This document shows, one piece after another, positions 42,290 through 55,500 of a stretch of 64,000 nt of DNA. The DNA comes from Octopus vulgaris (taxonomy: Eukaryota), in assembly GCA_951406725.2 (NCBI GenBank), contig OX597830.1, forward strand, positions 61,690,001 through 61,754,000, given 5' to 3'. Within the stretch, counting starts at the first letter, position 1, and each line of letters begins with the position of its first letter. A model generated the notes under the pieces. The model was not told the origin of the DNA and did no database searches. It worked only from the letters and a program-made list of their open reading frames with translations. A program made the position numbers and the translations under genes.

Positions 42290-42440
42290 AACAACTGATT
42301 CATTCTTGAAAAGATGTGAGCATCCGGGAAATCCATCATGCAGGCAACTATCACATGTGCAAATGGTCGTGAATGATTTTTTTCCACGGACCAAACACTT
42401 ATCTTCACTTCCTGGGCGATCCTCCGAAATGGCGGCTTCC
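42290..42440 (-). mobile_element. Mariner transposase fragment
   Basis: AAISEDR..QEVKISVWSVEK(I)IHDHLHM, homologous to the 20.9 kb region of the full mariner. Confidence 0.7.
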
Positions 42441-42454
42441 AGTTTATGGTTGTG

Positions 42455-42552
42455 TACTAGGCTTACAAAGAATAAGTCCTGGGGTCGATTTGCTCGACTA
42501 AAGGCGGTGCTGCAGCATGGCCACAGTCAAATGACTGAAACAAGTAAAAGAG
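42455..42552 (+). mobile_element. SINE family A 3' tail fragment
   Basis: GTACTAGGCTTACAAAGAATAAGTCC...GAAACAAGTAAAAGAG. Confidence 0.8.
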
Positions 42553-42667
42553 AGTTTGTTTGTTTTGTTTTTTTACCTATAAGGAGCATTTTGTGCTATA
42601 CACTCTTTTACACCAGTAGTCTAATTTTGTTATAAATATTTTTTTACTGTGTTTATCCAACATACAT

Positions 42668-42860
42668 CTCCCTCGCCAAAGCCCGCATTCCCTTGCTCTG
42701 AAATTCCTTGTCCTGCAGTTCTTGGGTAAAATTAGGAGAGCGAGCTCAGACAGAACGCTTGTTGTGGCTCTTCTTGCTGGTCATAGCTTCGTAGTCTCTG
42801 TTGCAAGCTATCTTTACAGCCTTCCCAATGCATGAGCAGCAGTCGGCGCACACAGGCATT
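42668..42860 (-). mobile_element. maT (DD37D)-like transposase N-terminal fragment
   Basis: SKKSHNKRSV*ARSPNFTQELQD..KGMRALAREM, similar to the N-terminus of the 50.4 kb element. Confidence 0.5.
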
Positions 42861-42891
42861 TTGATACTTGGCGCGAATCTTCATGATACAG

Positions 42892-43279
42892 TAGGAGCAC
42901 TCCGTCGGTCGCGACGATGAGGGTCCCAGCTGATACGATTAACGGAACAGCTTGCTCGTGATATTAACGTGCAAGTGGCTGAGCACTCCACAGACACGTG
43001 TACCCTTAACGTAGTCCTCGAGGAGATTCAGCGTGACACACAGAATGTGACAAGGCTGGCCCTTTGAAATACAGGTACAAGAGAAACAGAAAGAAAGAGC
43101 GAGAGAAAGTTGTGGTGAAAGAGTACAGCAGGGTTCACCACCATCCCCTGCCGGAGCCTTGTGGAGCTTTTAGGTGTTTTCGCTCAATAAACACTCACAA
43201 TGCCCGGTCTGGGAATCGAAACCGCGATCCTCCGACCGCGAGTCCGCTGCCCTAACCACTGGGCCATTGCGCCTCCACC
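42892..43279 (-). mobile_element. SINE family C
   Basis: Homologous to 26806-27195; TSD TTC(A/G)TGATACAG. Confidence 0.92.
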
Positions 43280-43559
43280 TTCGTGATACAGACGCACACA
43301 GAACAGCGAGAATCCAAACAAAAACGTATCCCTTTTCAATACGTTCGAATCGTATTGAGAAATGAACAGATAAAATCCTTTCTCTTCGGTTATCTTATTA
43401 TAGTTACCTCCCTTAGACACGTTAACCAGCTACGTTTACGCGCCCGTACAAAACCTAATTTTGGAGATGCCTTCAAGCTTTTATGAATATAATCTAATGG
43501 ATTTTTATAGTTATTTCTTATATTTTGGATATGCTGCTTAGATTACGTATCTTCAACAA

Positions 43560-43992
43560 GGATCTTTTCGGTTTGAACGGCAGTTTTTAACATAATTTCT
43601 AGGTAACTAAAAAAATTTAAACTACGTATACTGGTAGAATGTGTTTATAAAACATCTTTTTCTCTCGGCTTTATTGCGAAAATTCTATAGTTTGTAAGAT
43701 ATTTGGTCTTTAATTTCTTGCATTTCGGCAATTTCAACCAATCAATGACCGTCTATTGAGGTGAAAACATTTTGTGTCGTATGAATATGTCCCTCGTTTA
43801 AGAAACATATTGGGTTTATTTACATTTCTGAAGAAAAAAATATACCCTTCCCCCCACCCCTAACCCTAACCCTAACTAACCCTAACCTTAAAACAGATTG
43901 AAATGCAATAGATCGATACTAGGGTCATAATTATGGGTGGCAATTTCATATTACACCTCTAGAAAAAACTGCCGTTCAAACCGAAAAGATCC
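43560..43992. mobile_element. Merlin-like MITE with (CCCTAA)n, copy 3
   Basis: Same TIRs; 9-bp TSD CTTCAACAA. Confidence 0.88.
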
Positions 43993-44124
43993 CTTCAACA
44001 ATCTCTCAATATTCCTTTATTTCTTCTTCTCAATTTACTTACTCCCTGTTTCAGTTTATTTAGTTTTAATTTATTGTATTTTCACACACGTGCGCATGCG
44101 AGCATATCTTTTACCTTTTATTTG

Positions 44125-44690
44125 TTACTTGTTTCAGCCATTGGACTACGGTCATGCTGGGGCACCGTCTTGAAGGGTATTAGCCGAAGAAATCGACCCC
44201 CAGGACTTTTTTAAAAACCTAACACATTCAATCGGGGTCTTTTGCCGAACCGCTATGTTACGAGAACGTAAAAACATATAAAACTGCTTGACAAGCGGTG
44301 GTGGGGAACAAGCTCAGACACAAAGACACGCACACATAGATATATACATATATATACGACGGGCTTCTTTCAGTTTCCGTTTATCAAATCCACCACTCAC
44401 AAGGCTTTGATCAGCCCGAGGCTATAATGGAAGACATTTGGCCAAGGTGCCACGCAGTGGGACTGAACCCGGAAGCATATAGTTAGGAAGCAAGCTTCTT
44501 ACCACACAGCCACGCCTGTATACTTGTACTTGTTTCGGTCATCAGACTGCGGCCACACTGGAGCACCTCACTACATATTTTATTTTCAAAGGCTGGTTCT
44601 TAATCTATCGGACGTTTTTGTAGAAAAGCTATTTTATGGGTATGTAAACACACCAACACTGGTTGTCAAGCGGTGGGCGGGTGGGGGAAC
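44125..44690 (-). mobile_element. SINE family A copy (44125-44520) plus adjacent tail fragment
   Basis: Reverse-complement matches to the family core and tail. Confidence 0.8.
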
Positions 44691-44714
44691 TTTCACACAC
44701 ACACACACACACTG

Positions 44715-44745
<31 letters not shown>

Positions 44746-44826
44746 CGACCATATGATAGTCCACTACAGAAAAATGATATACAGTGTTCACACACACACA
44801 CACACACACATGTGCGTGTGCATGTT

Positions 44827-45042
44827 CGTGGGGCGTTGAGACGTTCCTAGCTTTAAGTATTTCGCGAATAGTTTGGCTGGAGACCCAACCTCCCGAGTTC
44901 TTTTACAGGACTTAGAAAAACTGAAGGACCACTGCAATAAATGTGAGAATCTGAGAGAGGAATCTATTGAATAAAATCATAATCAACTGATCCTCTTGTA
45001 TTTTCTTTTACCCAAAGCCAGGCACTTTTCCACTCACCCTCG
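44827..45042 (+). mobile_element. Mariner-derived MITE, copy 2
   Basis: Homologous to 9227-9422; ends AAAGCCAGGCACTTTTCCACTCACCCTCG. Confidence 0.75.
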
Positions 45043-45167
45043 TCTGTCTGGCTGTCTCTATGTATGTATGTCATTATCTTTCTTGCCAATAGAGAAAGAG
45101 CTGGTTTCTAACCTAGATCCAAGGATCCTTCATTGGAATTTAAGTATCAACAAGAGGGCATTTTTGC

Positions 45168-45916
45168 TTGTGTGTGTGTATGTATGTATGTATGTATGTA
45201 TGTATGTATGTATGTATGTATGTATGTATGTATGTGTGTATGTATGTATGTATGTATGTATGTATGTGTGTGTGTGTGTATGTATGTGTGTGTGTATGTA
45301 TGTATGTATGTATGTATGTATGTATGTATGTATGTATGTATGTATGTATGTATGTGTGTGTGTGTATGTATGTAAGTATGTATGTATGTATGTATGTGTG
45401 TGTGTGTGTATGTATGTAAGTATGTATGTATGTGTGTATGTATGTATGTATGTATGTATGTATGTATGTGTGTGTGTATGTATGTGTGTGTGTATGTATG
45501 TATGTATGTATGTATGTATGTGTGTGTGTATGTATGTATGTATGTATGCAGGTATGTATGTATGTATGTATGTATGTGTGTGTGTGTGTATGTATGTAAG
45601 AATGTATGTATGTGTGTATGTATGTATGTATGTATGTATGTATGTATGTATGTATGTATGTATGTGTGTGTGTATGTATGTATGTATGTATGCAGGTATG
45701 TATGTGTGTATGTATGTATGTGTGTGTGTATGTATGTATGTATGTATGTATGTATGTATGTGTGTATGTGTGTATGTATGTATGTATGTATGTATGTATG
45801 TATGTGTGTGTGTGTGTATGTATGTAAGTATGTATGTATGTGTGTATGTATGTATGTATGTATGTATGTATGTATGTATGTATGTGTGTGTGTATGTATG
45901 TATGTATGTATGCAGG

Positions 45917-45947
<31 letters not shown>

Positions 45948-46110
45948 GTATGTGTGTATGTGTGTATGTATGTATGTATGTATGTATGTATGTATGTATG
46001 TATGTATGTATGTGTGTGTGTATGTATGTATGTATGTATGTATGTATGTGTGTATGTATGTATGTATGTATGTATGTATGTATGTATGTATGTATGTATG
46101 TATGTGTGTA
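45168..46110. repeat. ~940-bp compound (TATG)n/(TG)n microsatellite
   Basis: Seen directly; explains the 386-, 340- and 268-aa low-complexity ORFs. Confidence 0.97.
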
Positions 46111-46189
46111 CAGGTGCAGATTTGTATGTTTTATGTATGTATTCTCATGCATATAGTTGCATATCTAGGCATACTCATATATATTTAAA

Positions 46190-46678
46190 TGATAAACTTC
46201 TGGAAAGTTTTACAGATATTTACAGTTCCAGTGATAGATTGGATCTGTAGTCTTCGAATTAGCTTTCTCCTTTCTGGTTTTGAGAAGCCTAACTTCTCAA
46301 GATTGGTATTTATTCAGTGTGTTACGTATCTCAGAGCCCCTGTAATTACAGGTATAAGCCTGAACTTGTAATCTGGATAGAGTAACTGCAGATTTCTCAG
46401 TAGTTCAGTATAAGTATTCTCTTTTCCACTGATCCTCAGCTTTATGTTAACATCTGCTGGCCAGATAATTTCCATAACTGTGCACAGTTTCTCTTCTCTA
46501 TCTCAAATCATTATATCAGGTCTGTTGTGCTAACATTTTATTAAGGTCTTCAATGGTACATTCCACCAGTACTCCTTTTTATTATGAGTGGCTATGGCCT
46601 CTCCCATACTGTGAGTTCTTATTTGTTTGTCCTCGGGGTTATCCTTCCAACGGATTTTATTATAGTGTCCTAGCTACA
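46190..46678 (-). mobile_element. R4/Dong-like RLE C-terminal fragment
   Basis: KEYWWNVP..HNRPDIMI*DREEK..LLRNLQLLYPDYKFRLIPVITGAL; same family as 27.2-27.6 kb. Confidence 0.8.
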
Positions 46679-46739
46679 AAATTATGTATGTATGTATGTA
46701 TGTATGTATGTATGTATGTATGTATGTATGTATGTATGT

Positions 46740-47530
46740 CGCTTGTATCACTTGTACCCACTAGACTATCAGATGTTGTTATGCACCAAGATCACAGTAC
46801 GCTTCCAATTCGTCCTTAATTGTGCCTTTCTTTTCTATCTTGGCCCAAATTTCTTAATTAGATCCTCTTCCCATCGTTGTGGAGGCCTTCCGAGGAGCCT
46901 TCTTCGATATCTTTGCACGAGTTCAGTTGTTGTTTGGGAATCTCCGATCCAGCTCTACTTGAGCTTTCAGTATTGTGCGATTACGTCTTACACTCCGCTC
47001 CGTTCTCGAATTAATGCATTTTGGACATACTGTCACAAGAAAATTCTAGAATGCATCCTTCATCGGCGCTTTGCATCGTAGACAATCAATGTTCTTCCTT
47101 CGTAGAAGCCCGCATCTCAGTTGCATATAAGAGCGCATGTTGAACGGTACAATTGAAGAGACTACGAAAAAAGCCTTCTACCGTTTCGAGATGAACGCCC
47201 TGTGGAAATTCTGGAGATGCAAGAACTCGCCACCCATAAAAGTTCCATCTGAGAAGGGCATCAACTAAAAAGATGCCATCTCTCCAAAGCTTTTTAAGGT
47301 ATGTCTAGAAATAGTTCCAAAGAATCAGTGACTGGACAGGTGACATGAACATCAAGGGCGCACTAATAAGACACCTCCAATTCGCAGATAACTCCGTTTA
47401 CATCGCCGAAACTATACATCACATGCTGGTCGTGCTGACGAGAGCTGGACACCCGTAGCTCTGCAGCAGGCCTTAAAATAATCTGCATGGAAACAAAATA
47501 TATGCGGTCCAAAGACGTAGCACAAGGCCG
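46740..47530. mobile_element. RTE-like LINE relic with inverted segments
   Basis: Minus 46740-47180 has C-terminal GRPPQRWEED; plus 47230-47530 has RT remnants DAISPKLF, LQFADN, AAGLKI..TKYM. Confidence 0.65.
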
Positions 47531-47739
47531 AATATGGGCACACGATGAGTCTAGCCGGGACATGGCCGCAGAAATTTCGCGCAGAGGGCCAGGAAAGATC
47601 AATACTAGGAGTCTAATTCTGTATTAAAGTAAGAAATAAGTACTATCGTACTCTTTCCAGAAACATACTAAAAAGGCTGATTCATTTAATTTCATGTTGG
47701 CGTATTTTCAGACTAAATTTTTTCTTGGGGGTCTAATTT

Positions 47740-48153
47740 GGATCTTTTCGGTTTGAACGGCAGTTTTTAACATAATTTCCAGGTAACTAAAAAATTTTAA
47801 ACTTCGTATACTGGTAGAATGTGTTTATAAAACATCTTTTTCTCTTGGCTTTATTGAGAAAATTCTATAGTTTGTAAGATATTTGTTGTTTTTTTTCTTC
47901 AATTTCTGCAATTTCAACCAATCACTGACGTGTATTGAGGTAAAAAAAAACATTCTGTGCCGTATGAATATGTCCCTTGTTTAAGAAACAGATTGGGTTT
48001 GTTTACATTTCTGAAGAAAAAAAGATACCCTTCCCCCCACCCCTAACCCTAAAACAGATTGAAATGCAATAGATCGATACTAGGGTCATAATTATGGGTG
48101 ACAATTTCATATGACACCGCTAGAAAAAACTGCCGTTCAAACCGAAAAGATCC
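47740..48153. mobile_element. Merlin-like MITE with (CCCTAA)n, copy 4
   Basis: Same TIRs; TSD TCTAATTT/TCTTATTT (1 mismatch). Confidence 0.88.
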
Positions 48154-49215
48154 TCTTATTTTCTTTTAGTCACCAATCTCAGTGTATTTGTATTTGTGTG
48201 TGTATGTTTGTGTTGTCCGAGTCTGTGTGCTCGCCTGCACACATTGATATGAAATTTCAGTAATGTGTGGGTAACAATATTTCTGAAGGTGTTTTTGTTA
48301 GTCTGACATGTTCTTCCCATAAAACTCAACCACACACAATTTCTTTAGCAACATTAACTTATATGATGCGTTTAATATCTATACAAACGCTTTTTTGTGT
48401 ATTTCGCCCTTTTACATCGATGCGAAGCAGCGGTCGGTCGGCATACCCCTACTCCATTGTATGTTTTTTTTTCATTTTCTTCGTTCTTTACATAAGAACA
48501 CACCTATCACGGTAACCAGGGACTTGATAAACCTGACTCGTGTAATTTCTGTAGGATTTTGGTCACAGTTTTAGACTTTTATTACTTATTTTATAATATT
48601 TTATTCTTTCACTTTCAATGCCTCACTCCACCCTTTATGTTGGTTTTCTTCAATTGTCTGTCGTTTCATTGTACCTTATAATCACATTGAGATGAAAGTG
48701 CTGTCTTTAATAATTCTTTTATTGTATGTTTTCTTTCTTCTCTTGCCTTGCAACAATGAATCACGTGAAGGAGTCAGTCTCCATTGACCACTGAGAAAGT
48801 CCCTTCCGCTTGAACGGCTCACCACCTACGTCGTTATTAGTAATACAGTTACTGCTCTTAGAAGGCGTTGGTGGCTATGGCAATTTGGAGGATTGTGTGT
48901 GTGAGTGAGAGAGAGAGGGAAGAAAGAGAGAAACAGACAGAAAGAGGGGAGAGAGACAGGATAGAAATTGTTGAGTGGGTATATCATTTATATTTATACA
49001 CACACACGTACGGATTAATCTTTTTTATTCATTATCTATGTCTTATATTATCTATTCTTCTCGGAGATATTCGTTTTCCAATTTTTCTAGCCTCGTATGT
49101 TCTATAATATATTTTTCTTTTGTTATTTCACTCTTTACAATAATGTAAATGATATATGTATGTGTTACAAAACGCACACACACGCAAAAACACACACTCA
49201 TGAGTATAAATGCAT

Positions 49216-49458
49216 CTTTACTCTTTTACTTGTTGCAGTCATTTGATTGCGGCCATGCTGGAGCACCGCCTTTAGTCGAGCAAATCGACCCCAGGACTTA
49301 TTCTTTGGAAGCCTAGTACTTATTCTATCGGTCTCTTTTGCCGAACTATTAAGTTACGGGGACGTAAACACACCAGCATCAGTTGTCAAGCGATGTTGGA
49401 GGGACAAACGCAAGCACACAAACATATACACACACATACACATACATATATATATGTG

Positions 49459-49504
<46 letters not shown>

Positions 49505-49660
49505 GACGGGCTTCTTTCAGTTTCCGTCTACCAAATCTACTCACAAGACTTTGGTCGGTCCGAGGCTATAGTAGAAGACACTTGCCCAAGATGCTACGCA
49601 GTGGAACTGAACCCAGAACCATGTGGTTGGTAAGCAAGCTACTTACCACGCAGCTACTCC
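49216..49660 (-). mobile_element. SINE family A, full length
   Basis: Reverse-complement copy; a further partial copy at 49788-49975. Confidence 0.9.
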
Positions 49661-50017
49661 TTAATAGGCAGCCTTACATGATAGAAGGGGCAGTCATATA
49701 TATATATTCATATATAATATATGGACATTATATGTAACATATATACATATAAACATTAGATATATTAAAACTACTTTAAATATATTTTATTTGTTTCAGT
49801 TATCTGAATGCGGCCATGCTGCGGCACCGCCTTTAGTCGAGCAAATCGACCCCGGAACTTATTCTTTGTAAGCCTAGTACTTATTCTACCGGTCGCTTTT
49901 TACGGGGACGTAAACACACCAAAATCGGTTGTCAAGCGATTGTGTGGGGAGAAACAGGCACACAGACACACACACACATGCATATATACAGGAAGCGTAA
50001 GGTATTTGAGGACACAC

Positions 50018-50249
50018 AAGGCGGCGAGCTTGCCGAACCGTTAGCACGTCAGGCGAAATGCGTAGCCGTATTTCGTCTGCCGTTACGTTCTGAGTTCAAA
50101 TTCCGCCGAGGTCGACTTTGCCTTTCATCCTTTCGTGGTCGATAAATTAAGTACTAGTTACGCACTGGGGTCGATGTAATCGACTTAATCTGCTTGTCTG
50201 TCCTTGTTTGTCCCTTCTGTGTTTAGCCCCTTGTGGGTAGTAAAGAAAT
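50018..50249 (+). mobile_element. SINE family B, full length
   Basis: 18-bp TSD AGGTATTTGAGGACACAC at 50000-50017 and 50250-50267. Confidence 0.93.
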
Positions 50250-50339
50250 AGGTATTTGAGGACACACCTTTTGGGGTCATTGCTGCATGTTTACTAACTC
50301 TGTGTAATCTTTGTTTCAAAAAATAAAAATAGCAGACCC

Positions 50340-51220
50340 TCAGCTTACTCAAGAAATGAAGAGGCATGCTGTTATTGTGATTATAAAAGCTTAGCATAGA
50401 GATTTAGTAATATCTCGAGTTTTAAAAGTTGCCAGATCATTCGTCTGCAAAGTTTGTAAGGAGTTAGAGACTGAACAGGGAAACGTAACACTAGTATCAA
50501 AGCATGAAAAGCATTATAAACGCTCTGAAATCATCAGGACACCTAAATTTATCCAACAAGTTCAACAGACCATTGATTGCAATCCCGGAAAGTCCATGAG
50601 GTAAATTGCAAAAGATCCCTATGTTTCAGAAGGAACAGTCAGAAATGTTGTCCAGGACGACAACAGATATAACTCTTATATGATGAGGAAAGGTCAATTT
50701 GTTAGAAAAAGCAAAAGAAAACCACTTTATCAGATCTAAAAGGCTCTTAAACAAACTGAAAAATCCAGCAGAATATTTGATTTGGTTTTTCTCAAACGAG
50801 AAAAACTTCGACCAAGATCAAAAAGCGAGCAGAAGAAATGACGGATGGTTATGTGAGACCCTTCTGAAGTTTCAAGTGTTATGCATACAAAATTTTAGGG
50901 ATAGTCAGCAATGAATGACATGTGATGCCTCCTGACTTCTTTCCACAAGGCCTTGGAGTTAACTCAGCCGCCTACATTGAGATCCTGGAAATAACTGTAA
51001 ACCCTGAACAGACAGTGTATGCAATGGAAGAACATATGTGCTTCAGTAAGACTCACACATGGATGACTGAAACTTTTCATGATTACATAGCCCCTAACAT
51101 TTGACCTCCTAATTCCCCAGATCTCAATCAATTGGACATGTGGAGAGATGTTGAGAGAGAGAGAGAGAGAGATCAATGAACACTGCCATAACTCCAAGAT
51201 TCTTTGAAAGCTTTTCGATA
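50340..51220 (+). mobile_element. Decayed maT (DD37D)-like Tc1/mariner transposase
   Basis: KRSEIIRTPKFIQQVQQTIDCNPGKSMR, WFFSNEKNFDQDQK, MPPDFFPQGL, *PPNSPDLN. Confidence 0.75.
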
Positions 51221-51319
51221 AATAAATTTATTATATATAAAATAATAATATATTATTATTTCATTATTAGATATCTGTTTTTTTATAAGCATAAATCTGT
51301 CACCAAATAGCTTACGCAT

Positions 51320-51371
<52 letters not shown>

Positions 51372-51408
51372 TATATATACATATATATACATATATAGAT
51401 AGATAGAC

Positions 51409-51519
<111 letters not shown>

Positions 51520-51529
51520 GAGGTAGGTT

Positions 51530-52447
51530 TAAGAGACAGAACCACCTTCAAGCAACTCAATCAACATTGAACGAGTATGGTCTGAAAGGCTGTAAAGCCA
51601 GGAAGAAGCCATGGGTTTCTGAAGCGAATATGGGAAAACGTCTACTGTGGGCCAAAAACCACGCAAATTGGACCAGTGAGCAATGGTCAAAAGTCATATG
51701 GTTTGATGAAAGTAACTATGAGGTAAGATAGTACATGTATTCAATCAACATATAAACTTAATGTAACTGGTTTGTTGCCCAAAATATATAAAAGAGTATC
51801 CAACATAAAGCTAATATTATTTTTCACTTTTTTTTAGTCAGGTTTTCGGTACATCTGGTGCAACTTTCATGCGTCGCAGACTTGGAGAAGCATTTAAGGC
51901 TGATTGTCTGGTACCAACCGTAAAACATGGGAGTGCTACAGGACCCGGAGAAATATTTTTATGTCAGAGAAGGACAAATTATCAGATGTTTTAGAGCCAT
52001 CAATTGCTAAATTGCATCCAGGAGTGTCGAAAAACAGTGTTACCTTTCAACAGGACAACGCTCCATGTCATACAACAAAGAATACTCATCAATGGTTTGA
52101 GACATAGGGACTGTCCAGCTCAAAGTCCCGATCTAAATCCGATCGAACGCCTATGGGGAACTCTTGGTGAAGCTATCAGTAACACAACAATTGAAAATAA
52201 AGAGCATTTGTACCAAACATTAAGAGAAGAATGGAGTAAAATTGCACCTAGCACCTGCAAGAAACTAGTTGATTCAATGCCTAACCGTATAAAAGCGGTA
52301 ATTGATGCTAAAGGAGGGTCAGCCAGATATTAAGACTAATTTATATTGTGAAATATACCGTAATCTACCATGTGAACAAGTTTTATTAACATTGAGATAG
52401 CAGAACCCCAAAACATTGGGGTGGCCTAATACTTTTGGGCAAGGCTG
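51530..52447 (+). mobile_element. Tc1-like transposon 3' part with a GT-AG intron (51723-51841)
   Basis: ARKKPW..WSKVIWFDESNYE | VFGTSGATFMRRR..PTVKHG; FQQDNAPCH; PAQSPDLNPIERLW; VIDAKGGSARY*; right end ...CCTAATACTTTTGGGCAAGGCTG-TA. Confidence 0.88.
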
Positions 52448-52457
52448 TATATATAAA

Positions 52458-52530
<73 letters not shown>

Positions 52531-52531
<1 letters not shown>

Positions 52532-55500
52532 TCAACATCTCGACCTTCTACAAAAGATATTGAAGAAACCGAAACGAAGAAAACACCCTCGGAAATGTAT
52601 GAGAACCTTGGAAATCTATGCGACACAATGAAGACATTTTTTACAAACTTTACAAAACAAGAGCAACAAAAAGAAGGACCACATGGGAAGAAGCTAATAA
52701 CTTCAACATTACAAATAAAGAGCCAAGTCCTTCCCCAATGAAGAAAACTACAGCGAAACAGAAAATTCGCGTTTTGGAAAATGATATAAAATCAGAATAA
52801 AGCAGAGATTTACCAAAAGTGGCTTAACTCAACACCCCTAATCATACCCCGCAAATTACAAATAAAACCCATCCTGGAAGAACCAGAAGAACAAAGAAGA
52901 CTTAGAGAAAAAATGTCATTAGAAAAAATGAAGATGGAAATAGAACTACTTAAACTGAGAGCTAAGACGAATGAAGAAAAAGTAAAAACCATAGATGAAG
53001 AAATCAACGAAGAAGTCATCAAACTAACAGACGGCATCAATACTGAAACATTACTTACACTATGGAAAAAAGAATGTGAAAAAGAGGAACTAAAGTCCCT
53101 CCAACGATGGGAAAAGAGCGCCAACTGGTTCTTGGATTGTGAAACCAACTTCAAAAATGAACACATATTCAACAACCCCTTCATAAAATTAAGTAAAACA
53201 AAACCAAATACTAACAGAACGGAACAACCACCAAGAAATCTAAACACACTCCACACCAGAAAAAGACATTTTAAACGCACCCCACACTACCTAAACCAAC
53301 CCCAAAACACTTACAGGGACCCACCACACCATTTCAAGAACCATAGGGATACAACACACAATTCTATGAACTACAATCTACATAACCAAACTAAGACTCA
53401 ACCACCAAACCTATACCCGAGGAACCAACCATACAAACCTAACACACAACAAACACACTACGGAAGAAACAACTACCAACACAATATACCTGATACACTA
53501 AGACGGAACACGAGGTACAAAAACACACTACAAAACAGAGCACCACAAACTCACTCTGAAAATTATAACAACAGGAGACAGATAAACAGTATTTTTTAAC
53601 ATAACTACACCTTCCATTTTTTAGACCTAACACACAGGAACAGGGATACACGATTGCAACGGACAAACAAAAGAGACCACAGGTAATTAAAATAATCAAT
53701 CTCTCAAATAAAGAATTTACACCTAACGAAATAAACATACTTTCCAAAGGACTTAAATTTACCCCAACCCCACAACGTTCAAATTACTATGAAATGAAAG
53801 ACGATGTTTCGGAATTTTGTAGGAAATTAAGACTTGCCGAGGAATTTCATGACAAACAAATAGATGACGAATCAATAGCTAGAAACAACAGCGACTACAC
53901 CCCTACCAAGGGAAAGAATAAAGCCTTAGACCGCTTTTGTGACTACATAACTAATTTCCCTTTTCAACTCACCAATAAGCAAAAATACAGCCAAAACTTT
54001 AACAAAAGAGAATGGAACGACCTCATCAAACTAAGAGAAGACAAAACAATAACAATTAAGGAGGCAGATAAGGGCAACGAGGTAGTTTTAATGAACACAA
54101 GTGATTATAAAAATCTAGTACTATCCCTATTATGAGATGAAACATATTATGAAAGGGCCCAACATTATAATTAACCAAAAATAATGAATAACCTCAGGAC
54201 ATTAATCAACACATACCGAGAAGGTCTCAGGGACAAGGAGTACGATTGCATCACTAACTTTAAGTGCAAATCAAGTCTATTCTACGGTATCCCTAAAGTC
54301 CACAAAAGCCAAATAATTAGTGAAACATGAAAAACATCTACCGACATACTCATCAAAATCCCTTCACTTAAACTTAGACCGATAATAGCAGGCCCAGCAT
54401 GTGAAACTCACCGCCTCAGCAACTTCTTAGACACACTTCTTAAACCTTTCCTAAAGCACATCAAAAGCTACGTAAGAGACGATATAGACATGCTTAACCA
54501 CCTCCCAAAACAGTCAATGAGAAAACCCTACTAGTATCCTTCGACGTAATTAACCTTTATTCAAACATCCCTCACACCCTAGGAATAGAAGCGATCACCT
54601 TCTGGCTAAACAACTACCCCTTTGAACTTCCAACTCGCATAAATAAAGAACTCATAATAGAAGGACTTAGATTTATTTTAGAAAACAATTACTTTATTTT
54701 TGATAATAATTACTACAGACAAAGATTGGGAACAGCGATGGGTACGCGTACTGCGCCTCCTTTTGCCAACCTAGTGATGGGATACCTCGAGATAATACTC
54801 TACCAGAAAACACTCGAGGAATATAGAAACAATTTCTCCACCTATATCCAGAACAACTGGAAAAGATACCTCGACGACTGCTTCATCCTCTGGGATAAAA
54901 GTATAGAGAAACTTGAGGAATTTAAATTACTATTAAATGAATAAATGATAATATTCAGTTCACGATGGATCATAACGAAGAAGAATTGCCATTTTTAGAC
55001 ATCCTCCTTAAGAAGTCCGCAACAAAATAGAGACAGATATCTATTATAAACCGACAGACTCCAAGCAGTACCTACCCTTTGATTCATGCCACCCAAGACA
55101 CACTAGAATAAATGTCCCTTTCTGTTTAGCCAGAAGGATTTGCATCATAATATCAGACGCAAACACCCGACACACGTCTCCAGGAACTCAGAACTACACT
55201 CATAAATAGAAATTATCCACAGCCCCGAATAGACAGTGCAATCCAACGAGCACTTAAATTAAGTATAGAAGACCTGACACAACCAAACTAAAAAAGAAAG
55301 AAAAATTAAAAACCCTACCCTACATCTCTACACACAACCCAGTTAACAATGAGGCCTTCAACACCATACTACAAAGTACAGCCCTACTCAAAGGAGACCC
55401 AAAGATGAACCGAATCCTCCAAACACACCATCATTAAAAGTAAACGGCAACCAAGATCCTTAAAAAAGATTTTAACCCAAGCTAAACTGCGCTCAACAAC

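Noticed and set aside
44996-46188. Long ORFs of 386, 340 and 268 aa, and all [12 protein letters not shown] ORFs elsewhere
   Set aside because: Stop-free read-through of microsatellites; no protein-like composition.
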